This document shows, in pieces, positions 47,033 to 56,667 of a stretch of 64,000 bases of DNA. The notes under the pieces were generated by a model. It saw nothing but the letters and a program-made list of their open reading frames with translations. It was not told where the DNA came from and did not search any database. The DNA is from a virus: the IMG/VR virus record IMGVR_UViG_3300020583_000010, positions 32,001 through 96,000 of that record; one strand, written 5' to 3'. Position numbers and translations under genes: made by a program. Position 1 is the stretch's first letter; every line of letters starts with the position of its first letter.

Positions 47033-48276
47033 TTAGACATCCTAGCTCTGGCTATCATTAGCATATTTTCTGGATCTTTTGAGAATCCCACTTTAGCAAC
47101 TCTTTGAGCCTCTGAAGCTAGTCTATCTACTCCATGCCGTGTTTTAAGTAATTCATGGAATCCTGCTGGGGTATGATGAATGCCTGTTATATGAGCATGA
47201 CGTAAACGAGCTGCATCTTCTAGAGCTCTGTGCTCTTCTGACAGATGATCAGAGGGAGATTTCACAGGAGACGTGGTTTTACTATCTCTGTCTTGTGTAG
47301 GTTTAGCACTGCTAGACCTTGGAACTACACTACTGCCTCTACGAGTCAAAGAGGAGCGCACCAAAGTTCGCAGAATCGGATGACTCCTACCTAACATTCT
47401 AAACCCGCCACCGCGTGGACGTACAGACCTCAAAAGGCTGGCCGCGCGTAGAGCTCCTAGAGCTTTTGATGCAGTACTAGTGGGGGACTTAGCCGCTGCC
47501 GGTGCTTTTGGAGCAGCTGCCTTAGGTGTTGTAGCAGCTTTGGGTGTTGTAGCAGCTTTGGGTGCGGCAGTTTTAGGTGTAGTTGTTGCTGTACTCTTAG
47601 GGGTCGTTGTAGTCGATTTAGTTGTTGATGTACTCTTAGGAGTTGTTGTAGTAGCTTTAGTTGCAGTAGTCTTAGAAGTAGCAGACTTTGTAGTTCCTGT
47701 ACTTTTAGTTGAAGTAGAGGTTGTCTTTGACTTGGTGGCAGCCTTTGAGGCAGCTGTCTGAGCTTTAGCCTGAGCTGTTTTAGCGGCGGCCTGAGCTTTT
47801 GCCACTGCTGCTGCGGCTGAAACGGCCTTAGCTTGGTTAGCTGCGGCAGCTGCCTGTGCTGCCTTTTCAGCTGCTATAGCTTTATTCTGTTCTGTTACCC
47901 CGGCCGCCGCTGCTTTAGTACCGGCATTCAAAGCTGAGTTAGAAATAGCTGGAGAAGACTGAGGAGCAGCCGTATAAGGCGTAAAAGGAGTTCTACCTAT
48001 AGTGGAAGAACCGACAGTGACTGTATTCTTTGATCCCATAGCTTGAGCTACTGATTTGTTGGCCTGATTAGCCTGCCGAGCTCCTGACAACCCTTGTCTT
48101 AAGGTACCACCAGGATTTGTAACACCATATTTTGGTCCTGGTGCCCCACGAGTAGCTGGCCGTACTGTTACTGCTTTACCTGTAGGTGATGATTTAGTGT
48201 ACTGGCGTACATTAACCTGACCGGACTGAACAGCGAGCTCTATAACCTTTTCTAGGTCACTTTTTTCTTTAGGCAT
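47029..48276 (-). CDS. Histone H1-like Lys/Ala/Thr-rich basic protein
   Basis: PKAATT/PKAA repeats; late promoter upstream; N-terminal DLEKVIELA. Confidence 0.8.
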   Translation of the reverse strand: MPKEKSDLEKVIELAVQSGQVNVRQYTKSSPTGKAVTVRPATRGAPGPKYGVTNPGGTLRQGLSGARQANQANKSVAQAMGSKNTVTVGSSTIGRTPFTPYTAAPQSSPAISNSALNAGTKAAAAGVTEQNKAIAAEKAAQAAAAANQAKAVSAAAAVAKAQAAAKTAQAKAQTAASKAATKSKTTSTSTKSTGTTKSATSKTTATKATTTTPKSTSTTKSTTTTPKSTATTTPKTAAPKAATTPKAATTPKAAAPKAPAAAKSPTSTASKALGALRAASLLRSVRPRGGGFRMLGRSHPILRTLVRSSLTRRGSSVVPRSSSAKPTQDRDSKTTSPVKSPSDHLSEEHRALEDAARLRHAHITGIHHTPAGFHELLKTRHGVDRLASEAQRVAKVGFSKDPENMLMIARARMSK

Positions 48277-48308
48277 AGGATATCTCCCTGTAGGTATAGC
48301 TACAAAGA

Positions 48309-48318
48309 AAATATCGGT
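48309..48318 (-). promoter_or_regulatory. Putative late promoter motif ACCGATATTT
   Basis: In gap upstream of the basic protein gene. Confidence 0.55.
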
Positions 48319-49760
48319 TACAGTCCCAATCCTAGATTTAGTAATGCTGTATTAGCAGCATGTTGTGTTCTGCCTGAGTCAGTGTAAAAGCAAGTGGCAT
48401 AATCTACATCAATATCAAAAGGAGGTGCTTGCTCTCCATCACGCCATTTAACTACTGACATTGATAGTTTATTACGTTGTTGAGACTCTAGTATTCCTAT
48501 AACACCATCAGCATAGCGCTCAGCATATGAAGTCTCAGCCAGAGCTGACATTCCATAGTAACCTTCTCTGTCTGCGTCTTCCTTTGCCTTACGGCTAGCC
48601 TGCCAAGGAGACACCACAGCCAGTCCATTGCCGTTGTCAAATGTTTTTGCTAAGATCATAGCCTGTTCGATGCGCTCATTTAGTTGCTCGCGATCAGAAG
48701 CTCGTCTAGTTTCTGGTTTAAGAATGTATAAAGCGTCTACTATCAGCAAGTCTATAGGAAATTCTCGCTGTATTGCCTGAAGTCTTACTTTCATACCATT
48801 GACAGTCATAGACTCTGACGCCTGCATGACTCTTAGTTTGCCATAATCTTCACTATGAGAGAAGTCATGTACTACTTCACGTAATTTTTCTTCAAGCTCT
48901 GCGTCTAGATTACCTCTTTTTAGATCTAGAGAGTTCAATCCTTCTGCTAGTCCGAATTTCTTTAATCTGGAATGTCTTGATACTAGTTTTCTTCGTATCT
49001 GTGACCTCAAAGTCTCTGTGGTCACATAAACTACATTCTTTTTCTGCCTTACAGCGGCCTGCCATGCTAGTTGACAGCACAATGAACTTTTTCCAGCACT
49101 TGCATAGCCTAAAATAAAGTCCAATTCTCCAGGCTGTAGACCTCCAGTAATAGAGTCTAACTTAGGAATGCCGAATTCAATACCTGAGAACTCTCCTGAT
49201 AGAAAACTTTCCTTCTTACTCTCATACTCAGACAGCATGTCGTCTTCTTCTTCACGGATATCACCGTCTGGAGCCTCTTGTACTGTGAGTCTTTGGTCAA
49301 TAACCCCTAACTGAGCCATAACATACTCTCTAGCGGCTTCATGCCCTTTAACTTCATTACCCTTGGAGTCTTCTATACCTCTTGTTAGTATATCCATGCC
49401 CTGCTTAAAGGTACGTTTTACACTAGACTGGGCATATAACTCATTTAACTGGTGCAGTGACCACTTAAAGTCAGACTCTGAGGACTTCTGGCTCATTAAA
49501 GAGTCATATGTAGTCTGATATAATATTACCTTATTAGTCTCAGCAGACGGCAACTTTGCCAGTATTGCCTCAATGGCATTCTTAGTAAGAACATCTCCTG
49601 CATAGTCATAGTACCACTTAAACATTTTAAAGAAATGGCGCCATCTATCCTCTGGAAAATGATCCTCTGTAAGTTTTGTCAGCACTGTTTCTAGAAGATC
49701 CCTGCGGTCAGGAACTACCGCAGAAAAAAGTGCCCTAGCGTGGTCAGAAGAATCTACCAC
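48318..49760 (-). CDS. dnaB: DnaB-like replicative helicase
   Basis: GGLQPGEL, GYASAGKS, LLIVD, QASR, KWRDG. Confidence 0.92.
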   Translation of the reverse strand: MVDSSDHARALFSAVVPDRRDLLETVLTKLTEDHFPEDRWRHFFKMFKWYYDYAGDVLTKNAIEAILAKLPSAETNKVILYQTTYDSLMSQKSSESDFKWSLHQLNELYAQSSVKRTFKQGMDILTRGIEDSKGNEVKGHEAAREYVMAQLGVIDQRLTVQEAPDGDIREEEDDMLSEYESKKESFLSGEFSGIEFGIPKLDSITGGLQPGELDFILGYASAGKSSLCCQLAWQAAVRQKKNVVYVTTETLRSQIRRKLVSRHSRLKKFGLAEGLNSLDLKRGNLDAELEEKLREVVHDFSHSEDYGKLRVMQASESMTVNGMKVRLQAIQREFPIDLLIVDALYILKPETRRASDREQLNERIEQAMILAKTFDNGNGLAVVSPWQASRKAKEDADREGYYGMSALAETSYAERYADGVIGILESQQRNKLSMSVVKWRDGEQAPPFDIDVDYATCFYTDSGRTQHAANTALLNLGLGL

Positions 49761-50300
49761 TTATACTACTTTCAATAGGTAATTAATTAGATTTTCCAAG
49801 ACTTGTATGTTATCCCCCACCATACCAAGAGCACTGTTACAATTTATACACAGAATTCCTCTTATGCACTGTCCACAAGATTTCTTTCCCGAGCAACAGG
49901 AATGATCATGATCTACACTTAGAAAATTCCCGCTGTCTTCTATATATCTACCACACCCGCCAGCGCAACCTCCCTGGCTCTCAAGAATTTCTGTGTACCT
50001 TTTAAAAGAAAGTCTGTATACGCTTAGTAATTCACTGCATTGATTACATATTTTTCTAGTTCTTATGAAATTAGTACCTGGCCTAAATCTTTCACAGTCT
50101 CTATACCATTTTTCACCTTTTTCATTTATAGGTTGAAATGATCTAGTAATTTCATGTTTTAACCTGCCATTAATGGGTGTTAATGGTTTTCCTGCCCTAT
50201 ACTGCTGATAATGAGTGCCACATAAGTCTTTAGCCCAGAAGATATTAGTACATCCACTAAAGCTACACGGTCTTTCTACTCGTGCATTCTTTCTGACCAC
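49761..50300 (-). CDS. Endonuclease VII-family HNH endonuclease
   Basis: VDHDHSCC...RGILCINCNSALG. Confidence 0.88.
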   Translation of the reverse strand: MVRKNARVERPCSFSGCTNIFWAKDLCGTHYQQYRAGKPLTPINGRLKHEITRSFQPINEKGEKWYRDCERFRPGTNFIRTRKICNQCSELLSVYRLSFKRYTEILESQGGCAGGCGRYIEDSGNFLSVDHDHSCCSGKKSCGQCIRGILCINCNSALGMVGDNIQVLENLINYLLKVV

Positions 50301-50309
50301 TTACTAACC

Positions 50310-51524
50310 TCAGTATATCATATGTAGATTTCCCCAGCCGTCTGGGTGATCTTCTCCTACTGTCAGTGTAACTATGGCTGATTTACTATCTTGCCCAGAA
50401 CCATCTACATACCATTGAGACCCGCCGTCTTCGGCAGGAAGCTGAATAAAAGATTTCTCACCTTCTGTTTTAGACATCCAATGATGCTTATGCCCCGCTA
50501 TTAGAATTTTAGTTTGCCCAATTTCCTGACAGCCATGAGCCTGATTTGCCCACCAAGTGCGCCATCCCTCTGCACCGCTCTTGAACTGGTGGCCGTGAGC
50601 TAACCCTACTGGAACCCCGGCTATATTCAAACTGATTGTAAGGTCTTGATTCTTGGGTACAACAATAGACACATGCCCATAGACATCAGGATTTTCAGCT
50701 AGTATCTCTGCTACTTGCGCGGCTACCTCTATAGACCAGCTATCTGAATTTTTTGTAGACTGCTTTCCATTTACTCTAGAAGCCTCATCATGATTTCCTG
50801 GTACTGATGTCACGATTAAGTTATCTGTAAGAGGAGCGTATGCCTTAATCTGCGCAAGCATGAACCGTCGGAACAACCTAACTTGCTCAGTTATAGTCAA
50901 TGACACATTAAATGTCTGAGACGGGTAGTGTCCTGCCGTGGCTTCTATACAGTCGCCATTCCAGGGAAGGTATACATCTCCTACAGGACGACCAATTTTT
51001 CTAAGTTCCTGAAGTCTTGCTGTACCCTCATCTATTCCTCTAGAAAACCGTTCCCAAGCCCAGCGCGGGTCATCTTTTCCTATTTGTGTATCTGAAGTAC
51101 AGTGCAGGTATGCTAGGTCCCCTGTATACGACTTCTTAGTTTTTCTAGGTTTATGTTTTTTAATCTCATCAAATAGAACTTCTAGATCTAAATCTCCTCT
51201 AAAAGATCTTCGTCTAATATGGGCTCTATAAGAACTAAGTTCCTGTATACCATCTGGAGTCTGTGCTTCCCAGCTAGAGCGTCTTACATCCCCAACAATC
51301 TCTACTTCTTCTGGGTCTAGACCCCATTTCTCAAGTAGCCCAGACCAGTCTGAAGGAGCACCTGAAGTAGGACCTGTGCGCAGCTCACCTTCATTACCGT
51401 CCCACTCTATTCCGGCTTCTTTACCGGTAGGTAGTTTACGAGTTTCACGCTGTCTTAATTTAGCATCATTATCTACTATAGGCTTAAGAAACTTCTCAGT
51501 AAACTCATCATCATAGGTAGTCAT
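50310..51524 (-). CDS. Metallophosphoesterase (Mre11-like) protein
   Basis: SDTQIG, GDCIE, PGNHD, HGH, GHKHH. Confidence 0.85.
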   Translation of the reverse strand: MTTYDDEFTEKFLKPIVDNDAKLRQRETRKLPTGKEAGIEWDGNEGELRTGPTSGAPSDWSGLLEKWGLDPEEVEIVGDVRRSSWEAQTPDGIQELSSYRAHIRRRSFRGDLDLEVLFDEIKKHKPRKTKKSYTGDLAYLHCTSDTQIGKDDPRWAWERFSRGIDEGTARLQELRKIGRPVGDVYLPWNGDCIEATAGHYPSQTFNVSLTITEQVRLFRRFMLAQIKAYAPLTDNLIVTSVPGNHDEASRVNGKQSTKNSDSWSIEVAAQVAEILAENPDVYGHVSIVVPKNQDLTISLNIAGVPVGLAHGHQFKSGAEGWRTWWANQAHGCQEIGQTKILIAGHKHHWMSKTEGEKSFIQLPAEDGGSQWYVDGSGQDSKSAIVTLTVGEDHPDGWGNLHMIY

Positions 51525-51806
51525 TTAGTCACTTTCCCTGTAACAAGGGCAACTTCGTCTGCGGTGTTCTTGCATAGTGTATCGCCCTCCCGGATAAGCT
51601 ATTTGATACAAAGCCTGTAAAAGTGTACGACCTGAAACTGACTTATCATCTATGACAGACATTACTAGCTCTCTACGGTCTGGAGTTAAAGTATCTAAGA
51701 ACTCGCCTAACTTACATTTATCCTTAGTCCAAGGATTAGATTTTCCATACGCTACTTTGGAAAATGCTTCCCAGTCTACTATAGAAGGTTCGGTCATGAT
51801 CAACAC
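51525..51806 (-). CDS. Small zinc-binding/HTH-like protein
   Basis: C...HRRRSCPC; usual partner upstream of phage phosphoesterases; true start probably ATG 51797. Confidence 0.65.
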   Translation of the reverse strand: MLIMTEPSIVDWEAFSKVAYGKSNPWTKDKCKLGEFLDTLTPDRRELVMSVIDDKSVSGRTLLQALYQIAYPGGRYTMQEHRRRSCPCYRESD

Positions 51807-51833
51807 TGTACTCTACTTAGGATCATCTGTCAA
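51805..51833 (-). promoter_or_regulatory. Sigma70-type promoter
   Basis: TTGACA-17-TACAGT. Confidence 0.7.
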
Positions 51834-52067
51834 GGGTCTAGCGAAGGCAGTTACTTCCGATATAAAATTATATAGGTGTCTCTCGCGACTCCAAAACTCT
51901 ACTTCCACACTGTCATTATCTTCTCTAAGATATACTTCTTCTACTAACCCTCTACCTTGGACTACGTCGCCTGGAAGAAGACTTACTACCTTAACCTGGC
52001 GCCATTGTCGGCCGTGATGATCCATGTCTATAGAGTTTCGCTTGAATGGCGGAGGAATTTTTCCCAC
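51813..52067 (-). CDS. Hypothetical SH3-like protein
   Basis: LLPGDVV...G.V beta pattern. Confidence 0.6.
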   Translation of the reverse strand: MGKIPPPFKRNSIDMDHHGRQWRQVKVVSLLPGDVVQGRGLVEEVYLREDNDSVEVEFWSRERHLYNFISEVTAFARPLTDDPK

Positions 52068-52628
52068 TCAACTTACCATACTTTCCAAGTGTCTCAGGTT
52101 CTCGCGTAATTTGACTCTCACTTTATTACTCATCAAATTATGAGGATCGTACCCAAATGCTGTCTTTAAATCTGAAATAGAACATCCTTGTAAATACTTC
52201 ATCGACAAGTATTCGCGCTGTCTGTCTGTTAATGTTGAAATAGCCCGTTCAATATCTTTGCGGTAAATTGAGTATTCTATGTCTGACAATGCTATAGAAC
52301 CAGGTATAGAAACATGTTCCATATTTTCTGGAGAAACACTAACAACTGAGTACTTTTTGTTGTACCTAGACATCTTCTTGCTACCGGTGGTCCATGGCGA
52401 GTCTTTAGTTACTATGTCTGCCATTTTCCATGCTGCTCTGTTTCTAACTATAGTATCTACAGAGATTTCATTATCTGTATTAAACTTCTTTAGTTCTTTC
52501 CAGACAGCTATAAGAGCTTCTTGAACTAGGTCATCTTCTGGGTATCCTGGATATCTTCTAGCCAGCGACTGCAAAAGTCCTGTACTTCGGCTAAGTATTT
52601 GATTTATATCAAAATCAGAAAGCTGCAC
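52068..52628 (-). CDS. Phage RNA polymerase sigma factor (sigma70 family, regions 2 and 4)
   Basis: DDLVQEALIAVW; LTDRQREYLSMKYLQGCSISDL. Confidence 0.85.
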   Translation of the reverse strand: MQLSDFDINQILSRSTGLLQSLARRYPGYPEDDLVQEALIAVWKELKKFNTDNEISVDTIVRNRAAWKMADIVTKDSPWTTGSKKMSRYNKKYSVVSVSPENMEHVSIPGSIALSDIEYSIYRKDIERAISTLTDRQREYLSMKYLQGCSISDLKTAFGYDPHNLMSNKVRVKLRENLRHLESMVS

Positions 52629-52661
52629 TACAGTTCCTTTAGATCAGTTAGTCACTAAGAT

Positions 52662-52690
52662 AGTGTACCATAACTCTAATAGACTGTCAA
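52662..52690 (-). promoter_or_regulatory. Sigma70-type promoter of sigma gene
   Basis: TTGACA-17-TACACT with TG. Confidence 0.75.
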
Positions 52691-52928
52691 GACTACTCTT
52701 CATGCATAGTTAAAATTAAAGACTCTTCTGGTACCAAATTTAATATTGTACTATATAGGTCAAGACAATGAGCATGCCATGTCTCTTCTGCTTCTTCCTC
52801 AATCACATCATTTAAAGTAGATTTATACCCTCTAGTGACTGAGTAGTAACTTTCACCTGATGAGATACGAAGAAAACAGCCGAAGCACCTCAAAGTGAAG
52901 TAACCACTCAAGTTGTGAGCTTTATGTC

Positions 52929-52957
52929 TTGACACTAGGATAACCTCGTGCTATGTT
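52929..52957 (+). promoter_or_regulatory. Sigma70-type promoter
   Basis: TTGACA-17-TATGTT. Confidence 0.7.
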
Positions 52958-52977
52958 CGAGCCAAGGAGTGAATAAT

Positions 52978-53262
52978 ATGATCATTATTTTTGGTGGATT
53001 TATAAGTTTTATCATAGTCATCGGCTACGTCATGTGGTGGATGCTAAAAGGTAGCGTCTACATGCTGTTTTACCTTCTAGTAGCTATAATGTTCACAGCT
53101 ATGGGACTTACTGGAACTGCTGTAGGACTAGGCAGAGGCATCCGTGCGGCTTACAAAACACACAGCTGGTATGACTTCTTCAGAGAATTCTGGCTAGGCT
53201 TCGTGTCTGTAGTCACATGGAGGCAGAACTCTAGACTGCCCGATAATGCTAAGGAGAGCTAG
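52978..53262 (+). CDS. Small membrane protein
   Basis: Two hydrophobic helices; SD AAGGAG before ATG 52978. Confidence 0.7.
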   Translation: MIIIFGGFISFIIVIGYVMWWMLKGSVYMLFYLLVAIMFTAMGLTGTAVGLGRGIRAAYKTHSWYDFFREFWLGFVSVVTWRQNSRLPDNAKES

Positions 53263-53449
53263 GCTCTCCTTCTGAAAGCGAAATACTATGTTCGTAGCCG
53301 TTATCGAGATATTGAGAAGGCCTGAATGCCTGATCACTGCGCATAGCTATGACTCCCTGCTGGCTAAGTTTCGCAGTCTTCAGCGCATCGCCAGGCGTGA
53401 TGGCTTCGAGCCTGATATGATACTTCTTCAAATAATTCCCGCAAAAGAC

Positions 53450-53479
53450 TTGACAGCTGACCCTCCCTTGTGTTAGTGT
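53450..53479 (+). promoter_or_regulatory. Sigma70-type promoter of RNA repair operon
   Basis: TTGACA-18-TAGTGT. Confidence 0.6.
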
Positions 53480-53737
53480 TAAGTCACACATTGGTCTACT
53501 TAAATACGTGACCTATTCGTGACTGGACAGCATAGCCAGACTCTAGACATAGAGTAAAAGATATCCGGAAGCTAGGGGCAGCCGGAATCGGAATACCAGA
53601 GCCACTCCATCTCAAGCTCAGGATTGCGACCAGCGTCTTACTTTTAAGCTCTCAACTGGGAAGTTGACCTTGGAGGTAAGGAGGCGCATGTCGTTTTCCA
53701 AAACATCCTCTCAACAATAATCACGCGCGAGGGACTA

Positions 53738-54937
53738 ATGCACTTATCAGAATACCTTGACCTGGCCGAACTAGGCAGTGAGATTGAGAATGGCTTTATT
53801 CGTGAGGCTAAGCATGAGACTCTTCCTCTGACTCTGTATACTTATACGGAAAAAGCTCAGTATGCCGGACTATGGCCTGATGCAACGCGTAAGTGTCGTG
53901 GGTTGGTTGTCGAGGACACCGGACAGATCATAGCTAGGTGCCTCCCGAAGTTCTTCAATTACTCTGAGCATGTGAACGGCAAAAGTTATGCACCTCCGTT
54001 AGAGCTTGAAACCGGATTGGAGTCTGCTTTCGAGATATATTCTAAAATGGATGGTTCATATGGGTCGTGCTTTTTCTATGATGACAATTGGCATGTTGCC
54101 AGTAAGGGGTCATTCCATTCAGAGCAGGCAGAATGGGCTACAAAGTATCTTCGCAGAGCTATATTTGATTCATGGGAAGATAGTCCTTTTGCAGAGAAGC
54201 GGAATGGCACATTTGATCCACTTAACAGGCAGAAGACATACGTATGTGAGATAATCTATCCTTCCAATCGTATCGTGGTGGACTATGGAAGTCTTGAAGA
54301 TCTGGTTCTTCTTACAGTGTATGATACTGAGACAGGCCAGGAAGAGTTCACTGAAGATCGTAGATTAGAATGGGGTTGGGTAGGTTCTATAGTCCCCTCG
54401 TATAATCCTTGGGGTATTAATCTAGACGAGCTACAGTTGCTAGCGGAGGAGAATGTTCTTCTAGATGAGGACAATGGTGACCGTGAGGTGTCTGGAACTG
54501 CTATGGAAGGTTATGTCGTAAGACTAAGTGATGGCACCCGCGTGAAGATAAAGTTGAGTGACTACTTACGTCTGCATAAGGTGTTGACCAACTGTACAGA
54601 GAGATCTATCTGGGAAATTCTTTCTACAGGTGGAAGTCTTGATGACTTTATGGAGAACACACCTGATGAGTTCCGTGACTGGGTGAACTCTACAGTATTG
54701 TGCCTGAAAAATGACTTCGAGATGCTTAAGAATAATGTCTACCACACTTATTTCAATATTTTTCCAAAGGCGATGTCAGACGGCGGAACAAGAGCAAAGT
54801 TCGCTGCTCTCGCTAAGGACACAGAGTTTCCTTCTGCCATGTTCATGATGCTCGATGCTAGCGAGGCTAAATTAAATGAGTGGTTATGGAAGCAGATTAA
54901 GCCAGAGGCTACAAAGCCATTCACCAAGGCGGAATAG
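53738..54937 (+). CDS. RNA ligase (T4 Rnl1-like)
   Basis: CRGLV, PKFFN, KMDGS, EIIYP, EGYV, VKIK. Confidence 0.92.
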   Translation: MHLSEYLDLAELGSEIENGFIREAKHETLPLTLYTYTEKAQYAGLWPDATRKCRGLVVEDTGQIIARCLPKFFNYSEHVNGKSYAPPLELETGLESAFEIYSKMDGSYGSCFFYDDNWHVASKGSFHSEQAEWATKYLRRAIFDSWEDSPFAEKRNGTFDPLNRQKTYVCEIIYPSNRIVVDYGSLEDLVLLTVYDTETGQEEFTEDRRLEWGWVGSIVPSYNPWGINLDELQLLAEENVLLDEDNGDREVSGTAMEGYVVRLSDGTRVKIKLSDYLRLHKVLTNCTERSIWEILSTGGSLDDFMENTPDEFRDWVNSTVLCLKNDFEMLKNNVYHTYFNIFPKAMSDGGTRAKFAALAKDTEFPSAMFMMLDASEAKLNEWLWKQIKPEATKPFTKAE

Positions 54938-55362
54938 TGTTTACCTTAATTGTCACAGGGTCACGCTGGTCTCTGTCTGTGCCTACTCAGCTGCGTGTAC
55001 GAAGTACTTTAGGCCTGGTGGCTTATAGGATGTGCCCTACTGGAGGTCTTCTGAAGCACGGGGAGGCCACAGGAGTTGATTCTTATGCTTCAGTATACTG
55101 GAATCGCCTTGGTCCTGAGTTCGCTGTTCAAGGCTTTCCCTATATCTCCTCACTAGGCAGACGAGGAGGACCTGTTCGCAATCAACAGATGGTTGATAGC
55201 GGAGCTGACTTGTGCTTGGCTTATCCGTCAGCAGGCTCTAAGGGTACCTATGACTGTGCTAATAAGGCTAAGAAAGCAGGAATACCCACTTTTATTTTAG
55301 TTAACAGCTCAGATGACGCAGAACTTGAACACTGGTTAGTTGCCAATCAACGTCTTACGTGA
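54937..55362 (+). CDS. SLOG-family (DUF2493/YspA-like) protein
   Basis: VTGSR, HGEATGVD, GPVRNQQM, SKGT. Confidence 0.85.
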   Translation: MFTLIVTGSRWSLSVPTQLRVRSTLGLVAYRMCPTGGLLKHGEATGVDSYASVYWNRLGPEFAVQGFPYISSLGRRGGPVRNQQMVDSGADLCLAYPSAGSKGTYDCANKAKKAGIPTFILVNSSDDAELEHWLVANQRLT

Positions 55363-55374
55363 TAGGATAGCGGG

Positions 55375-56328
55375 ATGGACAAGGAAAATAAGCCAGTAGT
55401 ACGTATAATGACAGGGCTACCTGGGTCAGGCAAGAGCACAGTAGCTAAAGAACTGCCTGGCCTGAGAGTGTGTCTTGATGACATCCGTTTAATGATGGGA
55501 TGGACAAGTCAGGCTTCTTGGGATAAGGGCAAGGAAGCTGTGGCTATTGAGACCATGATGAGTGCCATAGAAGGCGCTATAGAGGAAGGTCATGACGTGA
55601 TAGCTGATAATACGCACCTCACGGCTAGACTTCCCGGAATCATGCGTAGACGTGTAGGCGGAAGAGCTACTTTCCAGGTGTGCTCTCTGCTAGATGTACC
55701 TATTGATGAGTGTATCAAGAGAGATGCTAGCCGTGAGCGCTCAGTAGGTGAGCAGGTTATTCGCAAGATGGCTAAAACTGCCTCAAAGTGGAAACTAACT
55801 GAGGAGTATATGAATGTCTGGCCAGACATAGAGCCGGTGGGTCCCTACCTCATGGGAAAGCCTGAGTGTATAATTGTAGACCTTGATGGTACTGCGGCTA
55901 TCCATAATGGAAGAGGACCTTTTGAGACTACTAGGTGCGATGAAGACTTAGTAGACAACTCTGTGTCCTGTATTGTATTTTCTTATGACCTTATGATGGA
56001 TGAGTTCCGTAAGTCCTTAGGGGATGAACTTCAGCATAAGATAATATTTCTGTCGGGTAGAGAAGGTACTGAAGAAGTTCGTGGTAAGACACTGAAATGG
56101 CTTCTTGATGATTTTGGAGTAGCTGATCTTACCGAAGGTTGTTGGGAATTATTCATGCGAGCCGAAGGCGACAGTCGACCTGACTTCATAGTTAAGTATG
56201 AACTGTACAATAAGCATATAAGAGGACAGTTGAATCCAATATTCTCGCTAGATGATCGTAATCAGGTTGTACGACTGTGGCGTGAACTTGGTCTTAAGTG
56301 CTTGCAGACAAACTGGGGTAACTTCTAG
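55375..56328 (+). CDS. pseT: Polynucleotide 5'-kinase/3'-phosphatase
   Basis: GLPGSGKS kinase + DLDGT/SGR/DDR phosphatase. Confidence 0.93.
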   Translation: MDKENKPVVRIMTGLPGSGKSTVAKELPGLRVCLDDIRLMMGWTSQASWDKGKEAVAIETMMSAIEGAIEEGHDVIADNTHLTARLPGIMRRRVGGRATFQVCSLLDVPIDECIKRDASRERSVGEQVIRKMAKTASKWKLTEEYMNVWPDIEPVGPYLMGKPECIIVDLDGTAAIHNGRGPFETTRCDEDLVDNSVSCIVFSYDLMMDEFRKSLGDELQHKIIFLSGREGTEEVRGKTLKWLLDDFGVADLTEGCWELFMRAEGDSRPDFIVKYELYNKHIRGQLNPIFSLDDRNQVVRLWRELGLKCLQTNWGNF

Positions 56329-56339
56329 AATGGAATCTA

Positions 56340-56618
56340 ATGGCTGATGAAATTGATGACCTAGACAAGACTGAGCCAGCAATCACTTATGTTCTGTTCG
56401 AGATATCAGTAGATGATTTCTCGGGGGAAAATCCTACAGAGGAATACCTGGCCGATTATGCAGCAGACTTCGCAGCCAGCATGACTAATTGGGTTATGAC
56501 AGACAGAGCTCTGATAACTTTTAAGGGAATTCCTCTGAAGAACTTCGTATATTATGATACTGAAGAAGAACTGAATGAGGCAAAAGGCGATCATGGATAC
56601 TCAGCTGAGATAGGTTAG
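56340..56618 (+). CDS. Small acidic protein
   Basis: Last ORF of rightward operon. Confidence 0.65.
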   Translation: MADEIDDLDKTEPAITYVLFEISVDDFSGENPTEEYLADYAADFAASMTNWVMTDRALITFKGIPLKNFVYYDTEEELNEAKGDHGYSAEIG

Positions 56619-56667
56619 ATTATTTCGATTTCCAAAAACCGTTATATTGATTTAAAACAACTTGAGG

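Noticed and set aside
52693-53491. Minus-strand ORFs 52693..52935 and 53249..53491
   Set aside because: Could be real small genes, but start signals are weak and they overlap opposite-strand promoters; not supportable.
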